A stretch of DNA of 64,000 bases, taken from NCBI GenBank assembly GCA_000092065.1, contig CP000587.1; one strand, written 5' to 3'. The DNA is from Ostreococcus lucimarinus. Lineage: Eukaryota. Of the stretch, positions 44,248-57,256 are shown one piece after another. A program made the position numbers and the translations under genes. The notes beneath the pieces were generated by a model, which was given only the letters and a program-made list of their open reading frames with translations, was not told the DNA's origin and did not search any database. Every line of letters begins with the position of its first letter. Position 1 is the stretch's first letter.

Positions 44248-47200
44248 ATGCCGTTGAAAGAGAACGCATCGACGACGCGCACCGACGACGCGACGCACGC
44301 CGACGAGGACGCGAAACGCTTGAAAAAGTCGCGCGCGCGAGACGCGAGCGCGGTCGAGGCGCGATCGATGACGACCGAAGATGCCGCCGTGACGGCGATG
44401 GAGATCGACGAGGACCTGCACTCGCGACAGCTCGCGGTGTACGGACGAGAGAGCTTTCGAAAACTCGCGAGCGCGCGGGTGTTGGTGATCGGGGCGCGAG
44501 GTTTAGGGTGCGAGATCGCGAAGAATGTCGTCTTGGCGGGCGTGCGCGCGGTGAGCGTGTGCGACTCGGGGGCGTGCGAGGCGGCGGACGCGAGCGCGCA
44601 GTTTTACGTGGACGAAGCGAGCGTGAAGGCAAACGTGACGCGCGCGCGGGCGAGCGTGGGGAAGTTGCAGGAGCTGAATCCGGCGGTGGAGGTGAACTGC
44701 GTGGAGACTTGCGACGAAGACGCCGTCAAGGCGCACTCCGTGGTGGTGTGCGCCGGGGAGACGTCCGAGGCGGAGGCGGTGGCGATTAACGCCATGTGCC
44801 GGGCGAATAACGTGGCGTTTATTAAGACGGACGTGCGAGGGGTGTTCGGAAACGTGTTTTGCGACTTTGGTGACGCGTTCAACGTCTTGGACGTGGACGG
44901 CGAGGAGGCGCTGTCGTGCATCGTGGCGAGCGTGTCAAACGATTCTCCGGCGCTCGTCACGTGCATCGAAGACGAACGCGTGGAGTTGCAAGACGGCCAG
45001 CGAGTGACGTTTAGCGAGGTGCGAGGGATGACTGAACTGAACGGGCTGTCGGTCGTGGTTAAAAACGTGAAGAAGCATTCGTTTGAGCTCGACTTGGACA
45101 CGAGCGCGTTTTCGCCCTACGTCGGCGGCGGCATCGCGACGCAAGTCAAAGAAACGAAGACGCTCAAGTTTGCCTCGTACGCGGACTCGCTCGAGTCCCC
45201 AGGGGACTTTTTGTTGAGCGATTTCGCCAAGATGGAACGCTCGCCCCAGTTGCACTTGGCCTTCGGCGCGCTCGACGCGTACGTCGCCAAGCACGGCGCG
45301 TCGCCGACGCCGGGTTCCGACTCGGATGCTGAAAAATTCGTCGCCGAAGCGGAAGCGTTGAACGCGACGCGTAAAGCGGTGGATGAAGTTGACAAGGACT
45401 TGTTAAAGACGTTTTCGAAGACGTGCCGAGGTCACGTCTCGCCCATGGCGGCGATGTTTGGCGGCATCGTCGGCCAAGAAGTCGTCAAGGCGTGCACGGG
45501 CAAGTTCCACCCGTTGTTCCAATGGTTTTACTTTGATTCCGTCGAAAGCTTGCCCGAGACGTTGACCGAAGAAGACCTCGCGCCGCGAGGTGATCGCTAC
45601 GACGGTCAAGTCATGTGCTTCGGGACGAAGATGCAGGACAAAATTCTCAGTCAAAAGATTTTCCTCGTCGGCGCCGGCGCGCTCGGTTGCGAGTTTTTGA
45701 AAAACTTTGCGTGCATGGGGTTGTCGTGCGGTCCGAGCGGTGGTGTGACGGTGACGGACGACGACGTTATTGAGAAGTCAAACTTGTCCCGTCAATTCTT
45801 GTTCCGCGACTGGAACATCGGTCAAGGCAAGAGCGTGTGCGCCTCGAACGCGGCCAAGGTGATCAATCCGAACCTCAACGTCACCGCGCTCGAGAACCGC
45901 GTGAGCCCGGACACGGAGGACGTTTTCGACGATGGATTCTGGGAAGGCCTGGATGTGGTCGTGAACGCTCTGGATAACGTAAACGCGCGGTTGTACGTAG
46001 ACAGTCGATGCGTGTACTTCCAAAAGCCGCTGCTCGAGAGCGGGACTCTCGGCACGAAGTGCAACACTCAAATGGTCATTCCGAACATGACAGAGAACTA
46101 TGGTGCTTCTCGTGACCCTCCGGAGAAGAGCGCGCCGATGTGCACGCTGCACTCGTTCCCGCACAACATCGATCACTGCTTGACGTGGGCGCGAAGCGAA
46201 TTCGAAGGTGCATTCGAGAAGGCTCCCGCCGAGGCCAACTCTTATTTGTCCAAGCCAGAGGAATACGCCGCGGCGGCGCTGTCGAACCCCGATGCTTCCG
46301 CGCGAGAGAATGTCGAAAAGGTTGCGCAAGTGTTGTTGAAGACGGCATGCTCCACGTATGACGAATGCATCGCTTGGGCGCGCACGCAGTTCCAAGAGCA
46401 ATTCCACGACAAGATTTTACAGCTCACGTTTACGTTTCCCGAAGACGCCGTCACGTCGACGGGTTCACCTTTCTGGAGCGCACCGAAGCGTTTCCCGCGA
46501 CCAGTCATATTTTCCACCTCGGACGCTTCGCACATGACGCTCATCCGCGCCATGGCGAACCTCAAAGCGGAGCTCTCTGGGATCGCGCGACCGGCGGCGG
46601 GAGTCAACGACGACGCCGCGCTCGTGCAGCTCGTCGACAAGGTGGCCGTCGCTCCTTTCGAACCGAAGAAGGGCATCAAGATCGAGACCGACCCCAAGGC
46701 GAACACCGCCGCTTCGAGCATTCCTGAAGGTATCGACGACGAGGCTGTGATCAAGGACGTGTTGGCCAAGCTCGAAACGAAGCGAGCGGGCTTGGGAGGA
46801 GATTACAGACTCAACGTCATCGAGTTTGAGAAGGACGACGACACAAACTTTCACATGGACGCCATCGCTGGTCTTTCCAACATGCGTGCGCGCAACTATG
46901 ACATCGGTGAGGTCGATAAACTCAAAGCAAAGTTTATCGCGGGGAGAATTATTCCAGCCATCGCGACGACGACGGCGATGGCGACGGGTTTGGTGTGCCT
47001 CGAATTGTACAAGGTGTTCAAAGGCGCGAAGATTGAGGCGTATCGCAACACGTTCGCCAACCTCGCGCTCCCGCTGTTCGCCATGGCGGAGCCCATCGCG
47101 GCCAAGCAAGACAAATTCAAAGACTTGTCGTGGAGCATGTGGGACCGATGGATCTTGGAGGGCGATTTCACGGTTCAACAAGTCTTGGACCACTTCGAGG

Positions 47201-47427
47201 CCAAGGGCCTGATCGCGTACTCCATGTCCGTCGGCGCGAGTTTGGTTTATAACAATATTTTCCCCAAACACAAGGAGCGTTTGAACCAAAAACTCAGCGA
47301 GTTGGTGCAAACCGTGGCGAAGATGGAAATTCCCGCCAAGCGTCGACACTTCGACATCGTCGTCGCGTGCGAAGACGACGAAGGCGAAGACGTCGACATC
47401 CCGATGGTGTCCATTCGCTTTAGATGA
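44248..47427 (+). CDS. UBA1: Ubiquitin-activating enzyme E1 (UBA1)
   Basis: 1059 aa. Strings: IDEDLHSRQLAVYGRE, the two ThiF repeats (VLVIGARGLGCEIAKN; FLVGAGALGCEFLKN), the catalytic-Cys context PMCTLHSFPHNIDHC, and a C-terminal UFD. Confidence 0.93.
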   Translation: MPLKENASTTRTDDATHADEDAKRLKKSRARDASAVEARSMTTEDAAVTAMEIDEDLHSRQLAVYGRESFRKLASARVLVIGARGLGCEIAKNVVLAGVRAVSVCDSGACEAADASAQFYVDEASVKANVTRARASVGKLQELNPAVEVNCVETCDEDAVKAHSVVVCAGETSEAEAVAINAMCRANNVAFIKTDVRGVFGNVFCDFGDAFNVLDVDGEEALSCIVASVSNDSPALVTCIEDERVELQDGQRVTFSEVRGMTELNGLSVVVKNVKKHSFELDLDTSAFSPYVGGGIATQVKETKTLKFASYADSLESPGDFLLSDFAKMERSPQLHLAFGALDAYVAKHGASPTPGSDSDAEKFVAEAEALNATRKAVDEVDKDLLKTFSKTCRGHVSPMAAMFGGIVGQEVVKACTGKFHPLFQWFYFDSVESLPETLTEEDLAPRGDRYDGQVMCFGTKMQDKILSQKIFLVGAGALGCEFLKNFACMGLSCGPSGGVTVTDDDVIEKSNLSRQFLFRDWNIGQGKSVCASNAAKVINPNLNVTALENRVSPDTEDVFDDGFWEGLDVVVNALDNVNARLYVDSRCVYFQKPLLESGTLGTKCNTQMVIPNMTENYGASRDPPEKSAPMCTLHSFPHNIDHCLTWARSEFEGAFEKAPAEANSYLSKPEEYAAAALSNPDASARENVEKVAQVLLKTACSTYDECIAWARTQFQEQFHDKILQLTFTFPEDAVTSTGSPFWSAPKRFPRPVIFSTSDASHMTLIRAMANLKAELSGIARPAAGVNDDAALVQLVDKVAVAPFEPKKGIKIETDPKANTAASSIPEGIDDEAVIKDVLAKLETKRAGLGGDYRLNVIEFEKDDDTNFHMDAIAGLSNMRARNYDIGEVDKLKAKFIAGRIIPAIATTTAMATGLVCLELYKVFKGAKIEAYRNTFANLALPLFAMAEPIAAKQDKFKDLSWSMWDRWILEGDFTVQQVLDHFEAKGLIAYSMSVGASLVYNNIFPKHKERLNQKLSELVQTVAKMEIPAKRRHFDIVVACEDDEGEDVDIPMVSIRFR

Positions 47428-47679
47428 GAATACGTTTGATTTCCCGCAAACGTGACGACGACGACTATGACGACTATTACGACGACCACGACGATTTGTT
47501 ATGATACGTTTACACGCACAGACGATGTCGCGCGCGTCGTTTCCGTTCATACGCCGTGATCGATCGTCGCGTCCGCGCGTCTCGCCGCGTCCTACAGCCT
47601 CGCGGAGAGCGACGAAAAAGTGCCCGATCGTCGACCGTCGATCGTCACTGCGAGTCGGTGCCGTCGTCGCGAAGACGCG

Positions 47680-48819
47680 ATGCCGACGGTGTCGATGACG
47701 ACGCACGCGCGATTCGCGTCCAACGCGCATGCGGCGCGCGCGCCGCGACGGCCGCGCGCGCGCGCGAACCCGCGCGCGCGTCGACAGGGGAACGGCGGCG
47801 ATTCGGCGCGACGCGCGGTGAGCGATGGCGGCTTAGATGCGGCGAGAGAGGCGGCGAGAGAGCGCGACGTGGCGGCGAAGTGGGCGGGCGGCGCGTCCAA
47901 GGCGTCCTCGTCGTCGTCGCCGTCGCCGTCGCTCGTGGACCGAGCGAAACGTGCCGCGGGACGGGCAAAGACTGGGGAAGACGCGTCGACCTCGAGCGGG
48001 GAAGGATTCGAGGGCGAGAGCTGTTTGCTTGGCGATGGGATTTGGGAACGACTGCGCGAAGAGGCGAAAACGGATCTCGAAGGTGAACCCGCGCTGGCGA
48101 GTTATTTGTATTCCACCGTGTTGGCGCACAAGAGCATCGAGGACGTCTTGGCGTTTGTGCTCGCGAACAAGCTGCGAAACAACGTGTTGTTGGATTCGCA
48201 ATTGCTCGAGCTCTTCAGTTCACAGTATAAAAAGTACCCCGAGCTCGGCAAAAAGTGTTTAGCGGACATGCAAGCGGTGTACGAACGCGATCCCGCGTGC
48301 GATAGGTATTTGGCCATCGTGCTGTTCTTCAAAGGGTTCCAAGCCATTCAGGCGCAACGCGTGGCGCACTCGCTCTGGCTGGAAGACCGCAAAGCGTTGA
48401 GTTTTTTGCTACAGAATCGAATCTCGGAAGTTTTCCACGTCGACATTCACCCGGGCGCGGTGTTGGGTCAAGGGATGATGATGGATCACGCCACGGGCGT
48501 CGTCATCGGTGAGACGGCCGTGGTCGGAGAAAACGTCTCCATTCTCCACGGCGTCACTTTGGGCGGGACCGGTACGTCACAGGGCGATCGACACCCTAAA
48601 GTTGGAGACGGCGTCGTTATCGGCGCGAACGTCACGATTTTAGGGAATATCAACGTAGGCGCCGACACAAAAATCGGCGCCGGCTCGGTGGTGCTCGACG
48701 ACATACCCGAAGGGTCCACCGCCGTGGGTATTCCTGCTAAAGTCATCAACCGCGGCGCACCGCAGCAACCATCGCTGTCGATGGACCAAACGTCCTACAT
48801 CACGGACTACTTTATCTGA
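47680..48819 (+). CDS. SAT: Serine O-acetyltransferase (organelle-targeted)
   Basis: SATase N-domain (DMQAVYERDPACDRYL, FKGFQAIQAQRVAHSLW) plus hexapeptide repeats (GVVIGETAVVGENVSILHGVTLGGTG...HPKVGDGVVIGANVTILGNI). The track start is GTG; the first ATG is at 47680 and is followed by a presequence. Confidence 0.88.
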   Translation: MPTVSMTTHARFASNAHAARAPRRPRARANPRARRQGNGGDSARRAVSDGGLDAAREAARERDVAAKWAGGASKASSSSSPSPSLVDRAKRAAGRAKTGEDASTSSGEGFEGESCLLGDGIWERLREEAKTDLEGEPALASYLYSTVLAHKSIEDVLAFVLANKLRNNVLLDSQLLELFSSQYKKYPELGKKCLADMQAVYERDPACDRYLAIVLFFKGFQAIQAQRVAHSLWLEDRKALSFLLQNRISEVFHVDIHPGAVLGQGMMMDHATGVVIGETAVVGENVSILHGVTLGGTGTSQGDRHPKVGDGVVIGANVTILGNINVGADTKIGAGSVVLDDIPEGSTAVGIPAKVINRGAPQQPSLSMDQTSYITDYFI

Positions 48820-48846
48820 GCCGAACGAAGCGCCTAGGCGTCCTTT

Positions 48847-48851
48847 TGTAA
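48847..48851 (+). terminator. Candidate TGTAA poly(A) signal (SAT gene)
   Basis: TGTAA 28 nt after the stop at 48817-48819. Confidence 0.3.
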
Positions 48852-49145
48852 TTTTTCACAGCAAAAACAACAAAAAATAACGCTTCGAATATGCCGATAC
48901 CGCCTTCCGCACACCGCGTCTGTCGTCCTCGCGCGCGCAAGACCGCGCGCGCGACGCGCGCGCGAGGACGCAGATCGCGCGCGTGACGCGCGGCGTGTTA
49001 CTTCCGCCGCGCAGCCCTCGCGCGCGCCCCGCGCGTTCTCGTGAGCCCGTGGATGATAAAGGGACGTTTCGACGAAAATAGCAGCTTTTCGTTTCCCGAC
49101 ACGTGTGCGCGCGATGGTGGCGTCGAGCGACGTGATGTGCGCTTG

Positions 49146-51780
<2,635 letters not shown>

Positions 51781-51806
51781 TTGATTCGCGAATTAACACA
51801 GCACCG

Positions 51807-51811
51807 TGTAA
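51807..51811 (+). terminator. Candidate TGTAA poly(A) signal (KRR1)
   Basis: TGTAA 27 nt after the stop at 51778-51780. Confidence 0.3.
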
Positions 51812-51819
51812 TCGTGTAC

Positions 51820-51824
51820 TTACA
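51820..51824 (-). terminator. Candidate TGTAA poly(A) signal (methyltransferase gene)
   Basis: TTACA on the + strand, 17 nt downstream of the stop (51841-51843) in gene orientation. It lies 9 nt from the KRR1 signal on the other strand. Confidence 0.3.
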
Positions 51825-51840
51825 ACAACATATAGCTTAC

Positions 51841-53139
51841 TTACTTTTTCACCCCGCGAATCATGCCGTATTGCATGAGTTCTTCCCCGAACGCTCGGCG
51901 CATGCGTTCGAGACAAATGATGTCGCGAAGAGTCTTGTACCAAATCTTCGGACGCGTGAATACGGGCAACGGATCGTACACGCCCGCCCAGATCGAGTGT
52001 CTCCAGCTCACAATCGTCTGCTTGGTCCAATCGTCGCCATCGACGTTCTTCATCGCGCCCGTGCCTTCGGCTAACTCGCAATAGTCTTGGATGGAGATGA
52101 AGTACGGATGCGCCCACTCGTCGTAAAGGAACTGCAGCTTGGACTTTTCCTCCTTTGTGAGCGCCGGCGGTGTGTGTCGCTGGCACCACGTCGCGATCAC
52201 GAGCGTGCCTCCGGGCTTCAACACGCGCACCATCTCTTCCACGTACTTTTTCTTATCGGGCATGTGCTCGCCGCTCTCGCACGCCCACACCATGTCAAAC
52301 GTGTCGTCGTCGAACTCCATCGCCAAGGCATCCATGACTTCAAACTTGGCGTTTGGGATGTTTTGCGCCGCCGCCAACGCCGTCGCTCGAGCGGCTTGCT
52401 TCGTCGAAAGCGTGATTCCAGTGACTTCTGCGGTCGCCCCCGCGCACTTTGACGCCAAGCGACGCGTCGCGCCGCCGATGCCGCAACCGACGTCTAAAAT
52501 CTTCCGCGGCTTGGCGCCGCCGTTGTTCGCCTCCGCCTTGCTCCACGCGTACATTTCATCAACAAAGTCCTCTTTCGCTTCGATGAAATCCTTCACGCGA
52601 TGTCCAAAAAGCGTCCCCGCGCCTCGTTTCAAGTCTTCGTCCTTGTAATATCCCAAATGAATGTGTTCGCCCCAATAATACTCTAAAATTTCTTCCTCCG
52701 TCCACGCGTCGTACTCCGCGCCCACGGTGTTCTCTCCCGGCACGTACGTTCGACTCGGGGTGTCTAAGATGGCCTTCGCCTTGGCGACGCCGTACGCCAG
52801 CCCCAATCCCAACCCCGCGGCGCCCAACTGCGCGACGTAATCCACATCCGTCCGTCGCGTGTACGGCGGTCGCAGCGGTCGCGCCGGCGTCGCCGCCACC
52901 GCCACTTGCGCGACGACGTTCGTCGCGTCTCGTCGCGCCGGCATCAACGCCTGCATCTTCGTCGTCGTCGCAATTTTCGCACCCATCGCGAGCGATTCGC
53001 CAGAAATAGCATCGTCGCCGCCGTCCCCGACCGCGGCTCTGCGCGTCGACGCGCCGCGCGCTGAGATCGTCGCGCGCGTCGTCGCGCGCGTCGTCGCGCG
53101 CGTCGTCGCGCGCGTCGTCGTCGTCTTCATCGCGCGCAT
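51841..53139 (-). CDS. SAM-dependent methyltransferase of the gamma-tocopherol/MPBQ methyltransferase (VTE4/Sll0418-like) family, plastid-targeted
   Basis: EYYWGEHIHLGYY, LDVGCGIGGATRRLA, DMVWACESGEHMPDKKKYVEEMVRVLKPGGTLVIATWCQR. The track start at 53208 is GTG; the first ATG is at 53139 (MRAMKTTTTRATTRATTRAT...). Confidence 0.65.
   Translation of the reverse strand: MRAMKTTTTRATTRATTRATTRATISARGASTRRAAVGDGGDDAISGESLAMGAKIATTTKMQALMPARRDATNVVAQVAVAATPARPLRPPYTRRTDVDYVAQLGAAGLGLGLAYGVAKAKAILDTPSRTYVPGENTVGAEYDAWTEEEILEYYWGEHIHLGYYKDEDLKRGAGTLFGHRVKDFIEAKEDFVDEMYAWSKAEANNGGAKPRKILDVGCGIGGATRRLASKCAGATAEVTGITLSTKQAARATALAAAQNIPNAKFEVMDALAMEFDDDTFDMVWACESGEHMPDKKKYVEEMVRVLKPGGTLVIATWCQRHTPPALTKEEKSKLQFLYDEWAHPYFISIQDYCELAEGTGAMKNVDGDDWTKQTIVSWRHSIWAGVYDPLPVFTRPKIWYKTLRDIICLERMRRAFGEELMQYGMIRGVKK
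53068..53115. repeat. 12-bp tandem repeat x4 encoding (TRAT)4 in a transit peptide
   Basis: gtcgcgcgcgtc-type units, in frame within the presequence of the methyltransferase. Confidence 0.8.
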
Positions 53140-53328
53140 CGTCGTCGTCGTCGTCGAGTGTCGTCGCGCGCATCGTTCGACGATCGCTTTTTCGCGCAGC
53201 CGCACCACGTCAGCGCGGGGTCGATTGATTGATTGATTCGTGCGCGACCGCGATTCCGCGACGCGTCCGAGCGCGCGGTCTCGCGGATCGGTATCCGCGC
53301 CGAAGCGTTCTCAGTCTCCGCTCGAGCG

Positions 53329-53931
53329 ATGCTTCGCGCGCCGTCGCGCGCGACGCCCTCGCGCGTCGTCGCGGCGCGCTCGAATCGTCACCGACGCCGA
53401 CACCGTGTCGGCGCGCGCGCGTCGGCGCGCGAGACGCCGAAGAACGGCGAGCGAGTGACGCTGCACTATAAGATGACGCTCAACGACGGCACCGTGATCG
53501 ACGACACGCGAAGCGACGCGAGACAGGGACAGCCCGTGACGATCACGCTCGGGGACGATTCGCTCTTCGCGCGCATCGGCGAAGAGTTGGCGACGATGAC
53601 GCCGGGAGACGTGCGAGAGAACGTGACGCTCGCGGCGAAAGACGCGTTCGGCGAGCGAGACGACGCGAAAGTGCAGCGGTTTCCGCTGTCGCCGGAAGAG
53701 GCGCAATCGATGGCGTCGCAAGTCCAAGTGGGACAACTCGTGCAACTGCCGGACGGCGCGCGCGCGCTGTGCCTGGGGCTCGACGGAGAGAGCGTGACGC
53801 TCGATCTCAATCACCCGCTCGCGGGGCAAGATTTATGCTTCGAGCTCGAGCTCGTGTCCATCGCCGAGGGCTTGAACATTTTCGGCACGCCCATGGTGTC
53901 GTTCACCCCGCCTCAGCCCGCGTCGCGTTGA
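53329..53931 (+). CDS. SlyD-like FKBP-type peptidyl-prolyl isomerase (organelle-targeted)
   Basis: GERVTLHYKMTLNDGTVIDDT, an IF-domain-like insert, and LDLNHPLAGQDLCFELELVSI. ATG at 53329 is followed by a presequence. Confidence 0.7.
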   Translation: MLRAPSRATPSRVVAARSNRHRRRHRVGARASARETPKNGERVTLHYKMTLNDGTVIDDTRSDARQGQPVTITLGDDSLFARIGEELATMTPGDVRENVTLAAKDAFGERDDAKVQRFPLSPEEAQSMASQVQVGQLVQLPDGARALCLGLDGESVTLDLNHPLAGQDLCFELELVSIAEGLNIFGTPMVSFTPPQPASR

Positions 53932-53995
53932 CGTAGTATGGCGCGTCGCGTTGTGATAAACACGCTCCACTCGTTGACTCGCGCGCGCTCGATCG

Positions 53996-54709
53996 ATGTC
54001 GAGCTCGTTCGCGCGCGCGGCGTTACGACGCGCATCGCTCGCCGCGTTTCGTCCCGCGCGCGATCGCGCGTCGTTTTCCGCCGCCGCGACGTCGTCGCCG
54101 CACGCCACGACGGTGCTGTGCGTGCGCAAGGATGGCGAGACGGTGATCATGGCGGACGGTCAAGTCACCATGGGGAGCGAAATCGTGAAGCCAAACGTGA
54201 AAAAAGTGAGAATCATCGAGCCGGGCGTCGTCGGTGGGTTCGCGGGCGCCACCGCGGACGCGTTCACGCTGTTTGAACGACTTGAACAACAGCTCGAGCA
54301 GCACCCGGGGCAATTGACGAGGGCGTGCGTGGAGCTGGCGAAACAGTGGCGCACGGATAAGTTTTTGAGAAAACTCGAAGCGACGATGATCGTGGCGGAC
54401 AAAGAATCGAGCTTTCAAATCACCGGTTCGGGAGACGTGCTGGAACCGCACGATGGGGTGATTGGAATCGGAAGCGGAGGGTCGTACGCCTTGGCGGCGG
54501 CGCGAGCGTTGGTGGACGTCCCGGGGATGAAGGCTTTCGATATCGCGAAAAAGGCGATGACGATCGCGGCGGATACGTGCGTGTACACGAACCATAACTT
54601 CACCCATCAAATCATCGGAGGACCGGACGCGACGACGAAGGCGGAGGAGAAATCGGACAAGGGCAAGGAGACGAAGGCGTCGACGAAGGCGTCGACGAGC
54701 GGCGAGTGA
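53996..54709 (+). CDS. HSLV: HslV (ClpQ) proteasome-like protease subunit, mitochondrial-type
   Basis: A presequence, then the catalytic N-terminal Thr context [23 protein letters not shown]. Also [17 protein letters not shown] and [14 protein letters not shown]. Confidence 0.85.
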   Translation: MSSSFARAALRRASLAAFRPARDRASFSAAATSSPHATTVLCVRKDGETVIMADGQVTMGSEIVKPNVKKVRIIEPGVVGGFAGATADAFTLFERLEQQLEQHPGQLTRACVELAKQWRTDKFLRKLEATMIVADKESSFQITGSGDVLEPHDGVIGIGSGGSYALAAARALVDVPGMKAFDIAKKAMTIAADTCVYTNHNFTHQIIGGPDATTKAEEKSDKGKETKASTKASTSGE

Positions 54710-54794
54710 AGTCATCCTCGTGCGGCTATGCGCTCGTTTACTTTTTACAGCATTTGCGTCTCGTCTATCGCTATTTTAGGAAGTATTTTACTCG

Positions 54795-54799
54795 TGTAA
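54795..54799 (+). terminator. Candidate TGTAA poly(A) signal (HslV); second copy at 54804-54808
   Basis: Two TGTAA pentamers 86 and 95 nt after the stop at 54707-54709. Confidence 0.25.
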
Positions 54800-54814
54800 C
54801 CAGTGTAACCATTG

Positions 54815-55325
54815 CTAGAATCCAACCGACCAAAAGTCTTCGCCGCCGGACGCGTTCATCAGCTTGGCCGCGTTTGGGTCGTCGAGAAACGAAGGACCTT
54901 TGATCGCGGGCAAAACGCGTTCACCATCGTCGTCGTACAGAACTTCATCTTCGGAAGGAACGTCTTCGATCCAAACTTTCGGATCCGCCTTCATCGCCGT
55001 GCGCTTTGCCGCCTTGGACGTCTTATTTTCTTTCTTCTTCGCGTGCGCGGCGGCGGCGGACCAAGGTCTCTTCGCGCGCGTCGCCTCTTTCCGCGCGCGC
55101 CGTTTTTCCTCAAACTTGGCTCGTCGCTCGTCTTTTCGACGGCGCTTCGCCATCTCCTCGTCCTCGTCGTCGCGGGCACCGCCGACGTTCGCGGCGTATT
55201 CGGCTAATAACTTTTTCTTAATCTCGCGCTTGCGCTTTCTCGCCGCCGCGCGCTTCGCCTCTTCTTCTTCACTCAAAACCACATTCGCGTCGCCGACGTC
55301 GTCTGCTACCGCTTCCGGCTCGCCT

Positions 55326-55357
<32 letters not shown>

Positions 55358-56089
55358 ATCTTCGTCGTCGCTCGCGTCGCTGTCTTTCTTCGCGTCGTCT
55401 TTAACGACTCGCGTCGGCGCCGGCTCGTCGACGTCGCCCGCGCGCTTGAAATGCGACCCAGCGCGCAGTTCTTCCAAGCGCGCCTCATCACCGACCAACT
55501 CCGCCGCCGCCATTGCGGTGTTGATGCTCACCGCGTCCACGTCCATGTTCTGCCCCACCATCTCGTCGAAAAGTTTCAACGCGCGCGCGCCGTCGCCCGC
55601 GCGCGCGCACGCCCCCATGGCGACGTTGAAAGATATCACGCTCGGCTCGTGCCCGATCTCGCGCATCTCTTCGAACAACTTCAACGCCTCTTCAGGTTTC
55701 TCCGCCTTGACGTTCGCCACCATGGCGGCGTTGTAATTCACCGCGTTTCGCTCGACGCCGAGCGCCTTTTGCGCCGCGAAGACGTCCAACGCCGCGTCGA
55801 AGCGTTTCCCTCGATTCAATCGCGAGATGAACGTCGTGAACGCCCGCGGGTCCGCGCGCAGCGGTCGCGGATTATCGTCCGCGCTCATCGCGCGCGCCAG
55901 CGCATCGAAAATCGCGCGGCGCCGCTCGTTCGCGTCGAGCGCGCTTTCAGCGATTCGCGACAGCGCCTCCGTCGTCTCGTACACCACGGACCCGTGCGGC
56001 TTGTACCCGGCGCGCTTACCCGACGACGGCTTCTTCTTCGCCTCGCGCGGCGTCTTCGCGCCCGCGGCGCGACGCGGGTGCGGCGCCAT
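54815..56089 (-). CDS. Pentatricopeptide-repeat (PPR) protein with an acidic/basic C-terminal tail
   Basis: About four 35-aa PPR-like units, e.g. VNYNAAMVANVKAEKPEEALKLFEEMREIGHEPSV and ISFNVAMGACARAGDGARALKLFDEMV. Confidence 0.55.
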
Positions 56090-56208
56090 GGCGTCGACGC
56101 GCGTCGTTGCGGCGTCGCGCTGTGCCGCACACGCGCGCGCGCGGGCGAACGACGCGCGCGCGCGACGCGACGCCGGAACGCGCGCGATCGGAGCGAACGC
56201 GACACGCC

Positions 56209-57057
56209 ATGGACATCTTCGGCAGCCGTCTGCGCGCGCAGGAAGGGGCGTTCTTCAAGAGCGAAGCCGAGCGAGACATTGAAAAGTTGGCTGCGAGACG
56301 ACGCGCGCGAAACGCGGACGGCGCGGAGGCGCTGCTCGCGAGCGGGGACGATGAGAAAGACGCGCGCGCGAGTTCGTCGTCGTCGGCGAGTGGGAACGAC
56401 TACGCCAAGGCTGGGAGCGCCGCGCGCGGCGGGGTGGACAAGCTCGGCAGCGTGTACGCCGAGGAGCTGCGGTTGCCGGGGACGACGACGAACGCGCGCG
56501 CGACGCACTTGCGTCGAACGGTGGGGCGAGGTGATGAAACCAAACGCGATGGCTTGCGTCGCGCGGCTAGCGACGGCAGAGACTCGATATTCGCCGCGCA
56601 GACGTTGGGAAGTAAGCTCAATAGACGCGACTGGATGCGCGAGGTGAGCGCGGATTTACGACGCGCCGCGGCGGAGCGCAAAGCTTTGAGTCCGATGGAA
56701 ATCAAAGCTCTCGAAACGTCGCAAATGGCGCAAAGACACGCGATGGTGGGAGGATTGCGCGCGCTCGCGTATGGAACTGTTTTGGCGTTCGTCGGCGTCG
56801 TCGGCGGCAGCGTCGCGGCGAGTTCGTTGTTCCAGATAGATTCGCACGGCGATTTCGAACGCAAATTTCGAGCGACGTTCGAGCCACACGTGCAAGCCGC
56901 GCGCGCATCAGCGGAGCCGTATAAAAGGTGGATCGCCGCCGACGGCGGCGAGGGCGTTGCGAGTCGCGTCTCGCTACTGGAGAACAGCGCTATGGTTTCT
57001 CGACTGCGCGCGAAACTCGGTCGACGGAAAGACGACGGACATTCGGGGCCGTTCTGA
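56209..57057 (+). CDS. Hypothetical protein with one predicted transmembrane helix
   Basis: ATG at 56209 within ORF 56107..57057. It has one hydrophobic segment (LAYGTVLAFVGVVGGSVAASSLF). I recognise no family. Confidence 0.35.
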   Translation: MDIFGSRLRAQEGAFFKSEAERDIEKLAARRRARNADGAEALLASGDDEKDARASSSSSASGNDYAKAGSAARGGVDKLGSVYAEELRLPGTTTNARATHLRRTVGRGDETKRDGLRRAASDGRDSIFAAQTLGSKLNRRDWMREVSADLRRAAAERKALSPMEIKALETSQMAQRHAMVGGLRALAYGTVLAFVGVVGGSVAASSLFQIDSHGDFERKFRATFEPHVQAARASAEPYKRWIAADGGEGVASRVSLLENSAMVSRLRAKLGRRKDDGHSGPF

Positions 57058-57212
57058 GACGGTTTAGCGTCGTTAGCTCAATTAGTTTATACACCTAGCG
57101 GAAATTAAAGGAGACGCCCGTCATCGATTTCATTTCGTGCCATCGCCACGACGGTCGCCGGAAATCGCTCGATGGCGCGACGACTGTCGTTTCATTGGTG
57201 TGCGCTATTCAC

Positions 57213-57217
57213 TTACA
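57213..57217 (-). terminator. Candidate TGTAA poly(A) signal (Ku gene)
   Basis: TTACA on the + strand, 40 nt downstream of the stop (57257-57259) in gene orientation. Confidence 0.3.
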
Positions 57218-57256
57218 TCCTATTCATTCTACATCACGTCGTTTCATTCATGGCTC

